From Narcine bancroftii (taxonomy: Eukaryota): 64,000 nt of DNA. Position numbers and translations under genes: made by a program. Shown here piece by piece: positions 12,496 through 26,398 of the stretch. Location: the NCBI RefSeq assembly GCF_036971445.1, contig NC_091471.1, positions 235,910,001 through 235,974,000 of the forward strand. Reading direction: 5' to 3'. The notes below the pieces were generated by a model. That model ran no database searches. It worked only from the letters and a program-made list of their open reading frames with translations, and was not told where the DNA came from. The stretch's first letter is position 1, and each line of letters opens with the position of its first letter.

Positions 12496-15400
12496 ATGGC
12501 TACGTTGAACTATATGACTTTAAATATTAACGGAATACATAACCAAATCAAAAGGAAGAAACTGCAAGAAACACATTGAACTGAAATGGAGCAGAAGAAA
12601 TTAAAGAGAGATTGGATAGGACATGTAACAGCAGCGTCATATAATTCAAAAGCTAGAGGAGTAGCTATATTAATCAGTAAAAATGTACCAATTAAAATAG
12701 AAGAGGAAATAATCGATCCAGCAGGGAGATATGTAATGATAAAATGTCAGATAAATTCAGAGTTTTGGAATTTACTCAATGTATATTCACCTAACGAAGA
12801 AGATCAAAAATGTATGCAAGATATTTTTTTGAAGATAGCAGACACGCAAGGGAACATACTAATAGGAGGGGATTTCAACCTTAATTTGGATTCAAACATG
12901 GATAAAACTGGGAAAAAAATTAACAGAAAGAACAAAGTAACCAAATTTATAATTAAATCGACGCAAGAAATGCAACTTTTGGATATATGGAGGAAACAAC
13001 ACCCAAAGGAAAAGGAATATTCATATTATTCGGGTAGACATAAAACATACTCAAGAATAGACCTATTCCTGTTATCATCTCACATGCAAGACAGAGTTAG
13101 AAAAACAGAATATAAAGCTAGAATATTATCGGACCACTCACCCCTGATATTGACAATAGAGTTAGAGGACATCCATCCAAGAATGTATAGATGGAGATTA
13201 AACTTCATGCTACTTAAAAGGCAGGATTTTAGAGAATTCATTGAATGACAAATTAAAATGTACTTTGAAATAAATACGGAATCAGTGAAAGATAAGTTTA
13301 TACTATGGGACGCAATGAAAGCGTTCATCAGAGGGCAAATAATAAGTTATGTAACCAAGATGAAGAAGGACTACAATCAGGAAACAGAGTAGTTGGAAAG
13401 GGAAATAGCAAATATAGAAAAAGAATTAGCAATGAAGGAAGACACAACTAAAAGAAGAGAATTGGCAGATAAAAAAATAAAATATGAAACATTACAAACA
13501 TATAAGGTGGAGAAGAAAATAATGAAGACAAAACAGAAATATGAACTAGGAGAAAAAATGCACAAAATTCTAGCATGGCAGCTTAAGACAGAACAAACTA
13601 AAAGAATGGTATTGGCATCAAGGAAAAAAGACAAACAAATCACATATAATCCAACGGAGATTAATGAAAACTTCAGAAAATTCTACGAACAATTATACCA
13701 AACTGAAAACGAAGGGAAAGAAGACAAAATAGATGAATTTTTAACTAAAATTGAACTACCAAAATTACAAATAGAGGAACAAAATAAATTAACAGAACCA
13801 TTTGAAATAGTAGAAATACAAGAGATAATAAACAAAACTACCGAATAATAAAACACCAGGAGAGGATGGATTCCCAATAGAATTCTATAAAACATTTAGA
13901 GATTTATTAATTCCTCCCCTCCTGGAAGTAATCAACCAGATTGATAAAACACAAAGCTTACCAGATTCATGCAAAACAGCAATAATTACAGTAATACCAA
14001 AGACAGGGAAAGATCCACTCGCACCAGCGTCATATAGACCAATATCTTTACATAACACAGATTATAAAATAATAGCTAAACTATTAGCAAACAGATTAGC
14101 TGACTATGTACCAAAAATAGTAAATCTAGACCAAACTGGATTTATTAAAAAAAGACGAACAACAGACAATATTTGTAAATTTATTAACTTAATTCATGCA
14201 GTAGAAGGAAATAAAGCTCCAACAGTAGCGGTTGCTTTAGACGCAGAGAAGGCCTTTGACAGAGTAGAATGGAATTATTTATTCAAAGTACTACAAAAAT
14301 TCAGTTTACCAGAGAAATATATTAATTGGATTAAAGCATTATATAAGGGGCCATTGGCGAAAGTGACAGTAAATGGATATATATATTAAAACAATTTAAA
14401 TTAAGCAGATCAACAAGGCAGGGATGCCCACTATCACCCTTATTGTTCGCGTTAGCCATAGAACCACTAGCAGAACTGATAAGAACAGAAAATAAAATAA
14501 AAGGGATAAAAATAAAAGACAAGGAATATAAAATCAGTTTATTTGCAGATGACGTTATAGTATACTTAACAGAACCAGAAATATCAATAAAAGAATTACA
14601 TAAGAAATTGAAGGAATATGGAGAAGTTTCAGGATACAAGATTAACGCAAATAAAAGTGAAGCAATGCCAATGAATAATGCGGATTTCTCAAAATTTACG
14701 AAAGAATCACCATTCAGATGGCAAATGCAAGCAATACGATACCTAGGTATACAAATAAATAAAAACCTCGGACATCTATATAAACTCAATTATTATCCAC
14801 TAATTAAAAAATTACAAGACGACTTAGAGCATTGGAAAGACTTACCACTAACACTAATAGGAAGGATAAATTGTATTAAAATGAACATTTTCCCAAGGAT
14901 ACAATACCTATTTCAGGCATTGCCAATACACTTGACGGAGAAATTCTTCAAGGAGTTAAAGAAAATAATAAGGAAATTTTTATGGAAAGGGGGGAAACCG
15001 AGGATAGCACTAGATAAATTAACAGAATGGTATAAACAAGGAGGCTTACAACTGCCAAACTTTAAATTTATTATAGAGCCGCACAATTAAGATACCTATC
15101 AGATTTTTATCAAACAAGGGAAAAAGCCAGATTGGACTAGATTAGAACTAGATAAAATAGGGGAGAAGATACCCAAACATATATTATATAAATGGGATGA
15201 AAAATTGGTACAACGTAGGAATTCTCCAGTATTAGATCATCTGCTCAATATTTGGAAGAAGATTTATGTAGAAAGGAATAAAACAAATTACCAACTATCA
15301 AAACTAATAATGACGCAAAATCAGCTAATCCCTTTTACAATAGATAACCTTTCCTTTTGAGAATGGGAGAAAAAAGGGATCAAAAGAATAGAAAATTGCT

Positions 15401-16244
15401 TTTCAGGAATAAAATTATTATCCTTTGAACAAATGAAGGATAAATACAATATAACTCACGATACAGTGTTGGCATACTACCAACTGAAATCCTACTTGAA
15501 TGACAAATTGGGAAGCAGTCTGAGGTTACTAGAGGGAAGAAATTTTGAATATGTGATTACAGACACAATGATAATCAAAAAATTTATCACAAATATGTAT
15601 ATTAAACTACAAGAAAAGGAGAATGAGGAAACGAATGGTAAAACTAAACAAAAATGGGAACAAGATCTAAACATAAAGATAAAGAAGGAAAGATGGGAAA
15701 AGTTATGCTCAGGAACTATGAGAAATACAATAAATACGAGGTTACGTATGATACAACATAACTGGATACACAGGCTATATATTACACCTCAAAAGTTAAA
15801 TAAATGGGACCCAACAGTATCTGACAGATGTTTTCGCTGTAAAAAGGAAATGGGAACAACAATTCATGCAATCTGGACAAGTGAAAAAATTTTGGGAAGA
15901 TCTAAACCAGATATTAAATAAAATCACAAAAAGCAATATACCAAAAAACCCAGAGATCTTCCTCCTAAGTAACATAAAAAACAAAGAATTTGGACTTGAT
16001 TTGGATGGTGCACAAAAAAAGATTTGTTAATATAGCTCTAGCTGTAGCAAAAAAATGTATTATGTCAGCCTGGAAATTAGAAGATAACTTGAGAATACAA
16101 CAATGGTATATAGAAATGAATAAATGTATTCCATTAGAAAAAATGACATATAATTTAAGAAATAATATTACAATATTTGAACAAATATGGGAGCCATACA
16201 TGAAACACAATAGAAGAAACCTACCGGGGACATCTACCACCTAA
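12496..16244 (+). pseudogene. L1 ORF2 (APE endonuclease, RT, C-terminal Cys-rich region) with stops and frameshifts
   Basis: MATLNYMTLNING, GGDFN, YSRIDLFL, SDHSP, ALDAEKAFDRVEW, TRQGCPLSP, LFADD, CFRC. Confidence 0.93.
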
Positions 16245-17614
16245 AATGACAGAAGGAGAAGGGAATGAAAAGAATTGACTCAGTGGAATTTCTTGTTTAT
16301 TTTTATTGAGTGACAACATTGTTTGACGGGTTTAATGTATCTTAGATTCTGAACTTTAAATGAATGAGAGGGGCGGTAGGGAGGGTGGGATCGGAAGGGG
16401 GGGGGGGTGAAAACGACACTGTATATATTTGAAAAGGAAAATGTATGTATCTTGATCAATGTGGTTTATAGTGTGAAAAATAAAAATAAAAAAAAAAGAA
16501 CCCTTCACAAAGTCTCACTGCTGATTAGCCACCTTTGTGATTGCCTCAACGTGGAGGCTCCAGGACAGATCCCCAGAGATGTTGACCCCCAGGAATTTGA
16601 CATTCCTGACCCTCAATGAGGACTGGATCGTGTTCCCCAACTCCTTCCTGATGCCCACAATCATCTCCTTGGTTTTGCTGATATTGAGTAAGGTTGTTGT
16701 TGTGACCCCATTCAACGAGCTGATGCACCTCCCTCCTGTTCCCTTCCTCGTTGCCATCTGTGATTCTGCCAACGACCTGGGTGTCATCGGCAAACTTGTA
16801 GGCAGCACTGGAATTGTGCCCGGCCACACAGTCGTGGGTGTTTAACGAGTAGAGCAGTGGGGTAAGCACAGAGCCTTTGGGGGCATTTGTGTTGGTCGTC
16901 AGTAAGGAGGAGACGTTGTTTCCAATTCATACTGACTGTGGTCTCTGATGAGGAAGTCAAGGATTCAGTTGCAGAGGTGGGTACAGAGGCCCAGAGTTTG
17001 GAGCTTGTTGACCAGCACTGAGGGAATAATGGTGTTGAAGGCCGAGCTGTAGTCAATGAAGAGCAGCTGTGTGTATGAGTTGCTGTTTTCGAGGTGATCC
17101 AGAGCTGAGTGGAGAGCCAGCGATACTGCGTCTGCTGTGGAGCGATTGTGTTGATAGGCGAATTGCAGCAGATCCAGACCTTGGCTCAGGAACGTGTTCA
17201 TTCTGGCCTCGACCAGCCTCTCGAAGCATTTAATCACGGTAAAAGTTAGTGCTGCTGGGTGGTTGATGTTGAGGCAGCTCACGCTGCTCTTCTCGGGCAC
17301 CGGGATGACTAATGCCCTTTTGAAGCAGGTGGGAACCTCTGACTGAAGCAGGGAGAGATTGAAAATGTCCGTGAACACTCCGGCTGGTTGGTTTGTGCCA
17401 GGGAACATTTACTTTTGAAGTTTTAAACATGTGTTTTTTTAAACCTATTATTTTGTTCTTATTTTGATTTCCATTTTTAAAAGTTTATTTTCCTCGAGTT
17501 TTTTTTTTGCCGGATGCTTGAGGCTGCCATCAGCTTGAATTCCACAGACCAGGTGTTTTACTTTAATATCTGCCTGCCTTAAGGCAAATGAGACAATATA
17601 AGCAGTGCCCCTAA

Positions 17615-18744
17615 TAATAGAAGAAAGAGAGTCCCTTCGAGGATTCACCTCCAGCCTCACAGACCCCTGTTCGATCCCTCAGCCACTCGAGCTCCAGGTC
17701 CGAACCTCCAACACGATCAGGAAGCCTTCAGCACCCGAGGCCCTTTCACTGACCGCAAGTCGGCCGCAACCTGTGTAGCCCTTTGCTGGTCCACCGCCGT
17801 GGTCATCCCCCTCGTGCGATTTCCATCTTGGTTTACGCCATGCCATAATTATGTCAACCTCCTGCAGGAGCTCTTTCGTTAGCGACGAGGCTGGATGCAT
17901 CGCAGAGCAGGCTGGTTGCTGCAGAGAAACGGATGAGAGGTCAATCCATAGGGCCATAAGGGTGGCAGAGAGGATCATTGGAGTCTCCCACACCCCCATC
18001 GACGTGATTACCAGGATCGTTGTCTGGAGAGGGGGGGCAAAATCATTGAGGACCCCTTCCACACAGTAACTTTCAGCTGCCCCCATCAGGGAAAGAGATA
18101 GAAGTGTCAGAACCAGCACCACCAGGCTGAACATAGAACATAAAACACTACAGCATAGTACAGGCCCTTTGGCCCTCAATATTGTGCCGAACCATATATT
18201 ACTTACTAAAAATACTAACTTCTCCCTACCACCTGGTGGTGCTGGTTCTGACACCTCTGTATCTCTTTCCCTGATGGGGGCAGCTGAAAGTTGCTATGTG
18301 GAAGGGGTCCTCAATGATTTTACACCCCCTCTCCAGACAACGATCCTGGTAATCACGTCGCGACTCCAATGATCCTCTCTGCCACCCTTATGGCCCTGTG
18401 GATTGACCTCTCATCTGTTTCTCAGCAGCAACCAGCCTGCTCTGCGATGCATCCAGCCTTGTCGCTCACGAAAGAGCTCCTGCAGGAGGTTGACGTGATG
18501 GTGGCACGGCAAAAACCAAGATGGAAATCGCACGGGGGGATGACCACGGCGGTGGACCAGCAAAGGGCTCAACAGCTGAAGGATCTACACAGGCTGTGGC
18601 CGACGCGGTCGGTGAAAGGGCCTCGGGCACTGAAGGCTTCCTGATCATGTCGGAGGTTTGGATCTAGAGCTTGGGTGGCTGAGGGATCGAACAGGGGTCT
18701 GTGAGGCTGGAGGTGAATCCTCGAAGGGACTCTCTCTCCTATTC
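17615..18744. repeat. Long inverted repeat (arms ~17615-18126 and ~18232-18744; 105-bp spacer)
   Basis: The arms are reverse complements from GAGAGTCCCTTCGA through AACCAGCACCACCAGG; their content is Rex1-like 3' sequence. Confidence 0.9.
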
Positions 18745-19925
18745 CTCCATCCATGTGTCTGTCTAACAGTCTCTGAAATGGTCCCAATGTTCCAGCCTCC
18801 ACCACCACCCCTGGCCAGACATTCCAGGTCCCCCTCCAATCTCTGTGTAAAAAAACCTACCCTGGTGTCTCCCCTAAACTCCCCTCCCTTCACTTTGTAC
18901 AGATGTCCTCTGGTGTTTGCTGATCCCGCCCTGGGTAACAGGTACAGATAAGATCTACCTTATCTCTACCTCTCAGACCTCTTCAAGTCTCCTCTCATCC
19001 TTCTTCGCTCCAAAGAGAAAAGTCCAAGCTCTGCTAACTTTGCCTCATTAGACGTTTCCCAATCCAGACACTGTCCTGGTGAATCTCCTCTGCACCCTCT
19101 CCATAGCTTCCCCATCCTTCCTGTAATGAGGTGACCAGAACTGAACACAATACTCTAAGTGTGGTCTCACCAGAGATTGGTAGAGTTGCAACATGACCTC
19201 TCTACTCCCGAACTTAAATCCCCCCCCCCCCATTAATGAAGCCCAGCATCCCATAGGCCTTCTTAACTCTCCTATCAATCCATGCGGTAACCTTTGGGGA
19301 TGTATGGATTTGGACCCCAAGGTCCCTCTGTTCATCCACACTCTTAACCCTGGACTCAGCCTCCTGGTTTGTCCTTCCAAAATACATCACCTCACACTTA
19401 CCTGGACTGAATGCCATCTGCACTTCTCTGCCCAACTCTGCATTCTGTCGATATCTTCGTCACCTTTGACAACCTTCAGCTCCATCCACACTTCCTCCAA
19501 CCTTCAGCTCCATCCACCACCTCCTCCAACCTTCAGCTCCATTCACACCTCCTCCAACCTTCAGCTCCATTCACACCTCCTCCAACCTTCAGCTCCATCC
19601 ACACCTCCTCCAACCTTCATATCATCCAGAAACTTATTGACCCAACCTTCCGCCTCTTCATCCAGGTCCTTTATAAAAATCCCAAAGAGCCAGGGTCCCA
19701 GAACAGATCCCTGTGGCCCCTCCATTAGTCATCCACCTCCAGGCAGAAAATGTTCCGTCCACGACAACTCTCTGCTTTCTACCTGCCAGCCAATATTTTA
19801 TCCACGCAGCCAGTTTTCCACTAAACCCGTGACTCATGACTTTCTAGATGAATCTCTCGTGGAGGACCTTTGTCAAATGCCTTGCTAAAATCTATATAGA
19901 CCACATTAACTGTCCTACTCTCATC
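18745..19925 (-). mobile_element. CR1 LINE fragment with an internal ~28-bp tandem expansion (19470-19620)
   Basis: [35 protein letters not shown] and LFSLERRRMRGDL; repeat unit CCTTCAGCTCCATCCACACCTCCTCCAA. Confidence 0.9.
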
Positions 19926-20919
19926 AACGGCTTATTCCCACCGCCAGTGAAAATGATGCTGAGCAACCAAAGGAACTGCTCGCACTAACCATCCGTAGGT
20001 ACAAAAACAATATCTATTTATTTATGCGTATATTTCAGTATTTGTCCTGCATGTGTACTGTTTGTCTGTGTGTGTGTTAGGTCTGGTTTGTGTGTCTGAG
20101 TGTTCTATACCAAGGACGCTCGGGTTGTACTTGTGCAATCAGGTGACAATAAACTTGACCTGACTTGAGATGGCTTGTGATGTGTGGTAACAGCGGCAGT
20201 GACCATCAAACAGATCGACCTCAACCTTTGATTTAAACGAAGATTAACCTTCCCCCACTCTAGTTTAACCCTGGGTTTAAAAGCCTCAGACTGTGAAAGC
20301 AGAAATTTAACCCGGTGCTCAACATCTAACACATTGGCTCGTAAAATAATCTGTAATTTTCAAAGGTCAGTACAATCACAGACGATCATGTAACAAGCCT
20401 TTAATGCTGGTTTTAAGATTTCTTTCTCCCTTGTTTTTTACCATAATTAAATGAAGTTCAAAATCTCACCGACTTAAATTGCAAATTGCATTTCAGTTCA
20501 GACTGAACTGAAGACTGAAGACTGAAACTTCTCCGAACACACAACAAGTAAAGGCCCTTCAACCCATACATCTCTGTTGAACATAGGTCCGAATCAAACA
20601 ACAGGTAAATCCATAGAATAGAAACAGGCCCTTCAGCCCTTCTAGTCTGTGCCGATGTATTATTCCACCTTGCCCCCCCCCCCCTCCAGACAACGATCCT
20701 GGTAATCACGTCGATGGGGGTGTGGGGGACTCCAGTGATCCTCTCTGCCACCCTTATGGCCCTGTGGATTGACTTCTCATCCGTTTCTCTGCAGCAACCA
20801 GCCTGCTCTGCGATGCATCCAGCCTTGTCGCTCACGAAAGAGCTCCTGCAGGAGGTTGACGTGATGGTGGCACGGCAAAAACCAACCCAGTCCATATCCA
20901 TTCATACACCTTCTCTTCG

Positions 20920-21345
20920 AGTCAGTCATTGTACCCTGAGGTCTCTCTGTTCTATAATACTCCCCACCGTTTACCGTGTCGGTCCCCGTACCCCGACGTC
21001 TCTCTGTTCTGCAACACTCTCCACCGTTCACCATGTCGGTCCCATACCCTGACGTCTCTCTGTTCTAACACATTCCCCACTGTTCACCGTGTTGGTCCCT
21101 GTAACTCAAAGTCTCTCTGTTCTGCAACACTCCCCACCGTTCACCATGTCAGTCCTATACCCCGAGGTCTCTCTGTTCTACAACACTCCCCACTGTTCAC
21201 CATGTTGGTCCGCATACCCTGAGGTCTCTCTGTTCTGCAACACTCCCAATCATTCACTGTGTCGGTCCCTGTACCTCGAGATCTCTCTGTTCTGCAACAC
21301 TCCCCACCATTCACCATGTCAGTCCCCATACCCCAAGATCTCTTA
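20920..21345. repeat. ~57-bp minisatellite
   Basis: About 7 units of TCTCTCTGTTCTGCAACACTCCCCACCGTTCACCATGTCGGTCCC. Confidence 0.9.
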
Positions 21346-21349
21346 ATTA

Positions 21350-22120
21350 GACCCATAAAACAGGTCTTTTCTGGTCTGTGCTGAACTATTATTCTGACTT
21401 GTGCCACTGACCTTCACCCAGTCCATTACCCTCCATCCCCCACCTATTCATGTACCTGTCCAATTTTTTCTTAAATTTTAAAATTGAGTCCTCATTCACC
21501 ACCTCAGCTGGCAGCTTGTTCCACACTCCCACAAGTCTCTGTGAGAAAAAGTTCCTCCTAATGTTCCCCTTTCACCCTTACCCCATGTCCTCTAGTTTGT
21601 ATCTCATCGACCCTCAATGGGAAAAGCCAACCTACATTTACTTTATCTATACACCCATCCCTGATGCCTGAACCTGATGCCTGGCCAACCCACTCCCTGC
21701 ACATTCAGGGGACTGGTGAAGATTACCAGCCTTCATCATCATGCCTGGCAATGCATTCCAGGAACCCTCTACTCTCTCTGTTAAATATACTTATCCCTGA
21801 CACCTCCCCTAAACTTCCCTCCCTTCACTTTGTTTAGATCTTCCCTGGCATTTGCTATTCCTGCCCTGGGAAACAGGCACTGGCTGTTCACCCTGTCTAT
21901 GCCTCTTGTAGACCTCTGTTAAATAACGTCTCATCCTTCACTCCAAAGAGAAAATCCCCCAGCTCTGCTAACCTTACCTCATTACATTTCCCAATCCAGG
22001 CAATCTCCTCTGCCCCCTCTCCAGAGCTTCCCCATCCTTCCTGTAATGTTTTTAAATTGATAAATCCACGAACGAGCTAAAAATCATTAAGAACGGGTCC
22101 CAGAACGGATCCCTACAGAC
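21350..22120 (-). mobile_element. CR1 3' fragments
   Basis: Similar to 18745-19140 and 2130-2380. Confidence 0.65.
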
Positions 22121-22859
22121 CTCCACTAGTCCAACAGTTCCTCTTTCCTAATCTCAACCATGTCCAGAAATCAAGCTTATTCTATTCTGACCTCACCCTG
22201 ATCAAGGTCCTTTTCTCTAGTGAATACTGAAGCAAAGTAAGACCTCCACTTCATCCCGACCTCTCCATCCTCCTACAATCTCTTACCCTGTCAAATACAC
22301 CTCTGAACGACCCATCTCCTCATTGACCCAACCCATTAATTCCCTCCTGTCTGTATCCTGTTGTAACCTCTGACAACCTCCCTTCTGGGTTATTTGGTCA
22401 TCACAGTATTGTGGGCCAAAAGTCCTGTACTGGGCTATAGATTTCTCTCTTTTGAGCTTTCCAACACTAACCACTTCAAATTTGGATCATTGGATGTGTT
22501 TAGACCAGAGATTGATAGGTCCTTGATTAGCTAGGGGATCATTGATTATGGGGAGAAGGTTGGGCAGTGGGGCTGAGTGGGGAAATGGATCAGCTCATGA
22601 TTGAATGGCGGGGCAGACCCAATGGGCTGAATGGCTTAATTCTGCTCCGATGTGTTGTGGTCTTTATGTTCTATAACCTGCTGTAACCTGCAACAACCTT
22701 CTACCCTGTCCACAACATGACTTTAAACTTCCCCTACTCCCCTTAACTGTGAGGCCTCATGTAATAAATAAAGGGAGGTTATTGTCATTCGCAGAGGTAC
22801 AATGTACAGAGGTATCGTCATTTCCCACGGCCACCTAATATGCTCCAACTGGGACAGGA

Positions 22860-24300
22860 TAATCAGAACCAGAATCTATGTCATGAACCAAGTTCTGAAA
22901 TTCGGTGTTCTGCAGCAGTATCATACAGCAAACATACATATTATAACCATCTTACAACGTTACTACATAAAACAATAACAATGCATGAAAAGTCAGGCCG
23001 TGTCTGTGGTTCATGGATCATTCAGGGATCTGGCAGCAGGGAAGAGGCTGCCCTTGTGCCACTGATGCTCGTTTTCAGTCTCCTGGACCCTTTTTCCCGA
23101 TGGTAGCAGAGTGAAGAGAGCCTGGCCTGGGGAGTGGTGGGGGGTCCGTGAGGATAGAGGCCGCTTTTTGAAGACCCCGCCTCACGTCGATGTCCTCGAT
23201 AGAGTGAAGTCTGGTGCACGTGATGTCGCAGGCCAAGTGAACAACCCTCTGGAGTTTATTCTTGTCCTGAGAGTTGGCGTCTCCATACCAGGCAGTGACA
23301 GAAACAGCCAGAATGTTCTCCGCGGTCCACCTATAGAGGTTTATGAGAGACTTTGGTGACCAACCAAATCTCCTCAGACCCATTCACAAAGTCTCGCCAC
23401 TGACGAGCCTTCCTTGTGATTATATCAACATGGAGGCTCCAGGACAGATCCTCGGAGATGGTAACCTCCAGAAATTTGATGTTCTTGACCCTCTCCACTA
23501 CTGAGCTCTCAATGAGGACTGAGTCGTGTTCCCCGACTCCTTCCTGACGTCCACAACCATTTCTTTGGTTTTGCTGATATTGAGGAAGGTTGCTGTTGTG
23601 ACCCCATTCAACAAGCTGATCCGCCTCCCTCCTGTACCCATCCTCATCACCGTCTGTGATTCTGCCGACGACCTGGGTGTCATCGGCAAACTTGTACACA
23701 GCATTGGAATTGTGCCCAGCCACACAGTCTTGGGTGTTTAACGAGTAGAGCAGTGGGATAAGCACAGAGCCTTGGGGGCATTTGTGTTGGTTGTCAGTAA
23801 GGAGGAGACGTTGTTTCCAATTCATACTGACTGTGGTCTCTGATGAGGAAGTCAAGGATTCAGTTGCAGAGGTGGGTACAGAGGCCCAGAGTTTGGAGCT
23901 TGTTGACCAGCACTGAGGGAATAATGGTGTTGAAGGCCGAGCTGTAGTCGATGAAGAGCAGCTGTGTGTATGAGTTGCTGTTTTCGAGGTGATCCAGTGC
24001 TGAGTGGAGAGCCAGCGATACTACGTCTGTCGTGGAGCGATTGTATCGATAGGCGAATTGCAGCAGGTCCAGACCTTGGCTCAGGAACGTGTTCATTCTG
24101 GCCTCGACCAGCCTCTCGAAGCATTTAATCAAGGTAGAAGTTAGTGCTGCTGGGTGGTTGATGTTGAGGCAGCTCACGCTGCTCTTCTCGGGCACCGGGA
24201 TGACTGATGCCCTTTTGAAGCAGGTGGGAACCTCTGACTGCAGCAGTGAGAGGTTGAAAATGTCCGTGAACACTCCGGCCAGTTGGTTGGCGCAGATTTT
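22860..24300 (-). mobile_element. Rex1/Babar-like LINE (second, uninterrupted copy)
   Basis: Same RT motifs as, and near-identical in sequence to, 8408-8927 plus 16514-17392. Confidence 0.9.
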
Positions 24301-24454
24301 CCATCCCCTTCCAAAGCTGTGAAATGTTGGTTTTGTATCTTTACATACAGGGTCTGCTGAAATCCAGCTTTTTGTATTTCCAATTCTGGAGAGTTGAGCA
24401 GAAGAGGGTTGAGGGGGGGGGATAGGGTCAGTGAGTTCAGGATTGACAAGAAGG

Positions 24455-24890
24455 TCAGAGGTGCTGTGGATAGGCTGGAGATTGTCGTAAGTTACAACAG
24501 GATATGGATAGGGTGGAGAAGTGGCAGATGGTATTCAATCCAGGTAAGTGTGAAGTGATGCACTTTGGATCGTCGAATGTGAAGGCAGAGTCCGTGGTTA
24601 GTGGCAGGATTCCTAGCAGTGTGGAAGAGCAAAGGGAACATGGGGTCCAAATCCACTCATCTCTCAAGTTTGCCGCACAGGCTGATGGGATGCTGGGCTT
24701 CATGAGTCAGAGGACTGAGTTCAAACATCATATTACAGCTCTACAAAACCTCTGGTGAATCCAGAATTGAAATATTGCATTCAGTTCCGGTCACCTCATT
24801 ACAGGAAGGATGTGGACATGATGGAGAGGGTGCAGAGATTTACCAGGACGTTGCCTGGATTGGAAAATATGTCTTAGGAGGCAAGTTTAG
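24455..24890 (+). mobile_element. CR1 fragment
   Basis: EKWQMVFNPGKCEVMHFG. Confidence 0.8.
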
Positions 24891-24999
24891 CAGTGCCCAC
24901 AGAGCCTCATCATCACCTCTTTACTCTTATACACTTTTCCTTTTGAAATTAACGCCAACATAGCATTCCCTTTCTTTACTGCCAATCCAACTTGTTGGA

Positions 25000-25375
25000 A
25001 GTGGTTGTGGTGAAGGGAATACAGATTGTGAGGAGGAGTGTTTGGGGACCCCCTGTTGATACCCTATATCGGGAGGTTGTCGGGGTGAAGGGAATACAGA
25101 TTGTGAGGAGAAGAGTTTGGGACCCCCATTGATACCCTATATCAGGATGTTGTCGGGGTGAAGGGAATACAGATTGTGAGTAGGAGAGTTTGGGAACTCC
25201 CATTGATATCCTATATTAGGATGTTGTCAGGGTGAAGTGAATACAGATTGTGAGGAGGAAAGTTTGGGGACCCCCATTGATATCCTATACTGACCGGGAT
25301 GTTGTTGGGGTGAAGGGAATACAAATTGGGAGGAGGAGAGTTTGGGGACCCCCGTTGATACCCTATATCAGGAGA
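25000..25375. repeat. ~72-bp minisatellite immediately upstream of the netrin coding exon
   Basis: About 5 units of GGGTGAAGGGAATACAGATTGTGAGGAGGAGAGTTTGGGGACCCCCATTGATACCCTATATC. Confidence 0.9.
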
Positions 25376-25454
25376 TAGGTGGGAGTGAAGCAGTACAGAG
25401 GATCATGGACGCACTAACAGCCTCCTCTCCCCACAGGTTGCCAACAGGCCTTGG

Positions 25455-25782
25455 ATGGACTACCATCAGGTCCTGTCACTCCTCTGCCCACTCCTGCTTG
25501 TGGGCTTCCTGGGGACAGCTCAGGGTCTGGGCAGCAGGGATGAAAGGGGGAAGACCCCAGGGCGCGAGCTGGCTGCCCTTCCCCCCACCGGCTCAGGGAC
25601 TGGCGATCTAACACACCTGCTGATGCAGCTCCTGTCCGAGGTCCGGAGCCACCACCATGGGTGCAGCTGTTTGGGACCAGGGCCTCTCCAGAAGGACCGC
25701 CGCGGATCCAGGCAACAGCGAGGAGGAGCGCCAGCGAGACCCCGGAGTGCCAGACGGAGATTGGGAGAGCCAGGGTGCAATG
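25455..25782 (+). CDS. First coding exon of a secreted protein, proposed N-terminus of the netrin-like gene
   Basis: Branch point CACTAAC and acceptor CCCCACAG (exon starts 25437). Signal-peptide-like MDYHQVLSLLCPLLLVGFLGTAQG. Phase-1 donor G/GTGAGT at 25782. Confidence 0.7.
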
Positions 25783-26398
25783 GTGAGTGGGTGGACAGGC
25801 AAGTGGGTGGTTGGAGGTGTGAGAAACAGAAGTACCTTCACAGATTTCGCTCGAGACAAAAATTGAGAACAAAGAACATTTATTGTACAACAGTGCAAAA
25901 TTGGGTGCTTCCCCTTACCATGGGAATACACACACATACTGGGGCTCATCTAACTTTAATACAGTTCATTTCAGTGTAGAGATACCCCCCCCCCCCCCAC
26001 CTTTAACATTCTGCCTCCTGGATTGGTTTGGCATTTGGTAATTCTGTCTGCCTACGTGTAAACTTGAAAGACCATGGGGGTATCCTGTCTGGGTCCCATC
26101 ATGTCATTGTCCTTATTCATGAATCTGCCTTTGTTCTTATTCAAACATCTCAACCCCCAGGAGTTACTAATTCTATATGCAGAATTTGCTAATTCTTTCT
26201 ATCACTATAAGACCTTTCTTCTATTATACTTGTGTAACCCTTCCTCACACTCTTATCGGAATTCATCCCTATTCAGCACTTACTTAACTTCCTCTAGTCT
26301 AGTCTATTATTCTTTATTTCATTCATACTAACTTTACTTCCTATAATCTATTATCTCTCACAATCCCCACTTTTTCTTTAGCTACGCTTAGTAAATTC

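Larger units (their letters stand above)
8935..16496 (+). mobile_element. Full-length L1-clade LINE (copy 1): ORF1 intact, ORF2 disrupted, RTE nested between the ORFs
   Basis: 5' UTR, ORF1, ORF2, 3' UTR, AATAAA and poly(A) are all present. 17-bp target-site duplication AGAACCCTTCACAAAGT at 8911-8927 and 16497-16513. Confidence 0.96.
8408..17392 (-). mobile_element. Rex1/Babar-like LINE, split by the L1 into 8408-8927 and 16514-17392
   Basis: LLQFAYQHNRSTADAVSLALH..LFIDYSSAFNTIIP, YKFADDT and ENILAGSITAWYG; the two parts are collinear across the L1 target-site duplication. Confidence 0.88.

Noticed and set aside
9328-16244. A natural three-ORF retroelement with two reverse transcriptases
   Set aside because: The middle ORF is a 5'-truncated RTE with its own 3' end, and its length differs in the second L1 copy. 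Nested insertion is the simpler explanation.
20920-25375. Regularly spaced repeats resembling CRISPR arrays
   Set aside because: The whole unit repeats with no unique spacers, there are no cas genes, and the context is vertebrate.
25783-25979. C-terminal part of the 174-aa ORF as genuine coding sequence
   Set aside because: It lies past a consensus donor and consists of intron plus antisense LTR.
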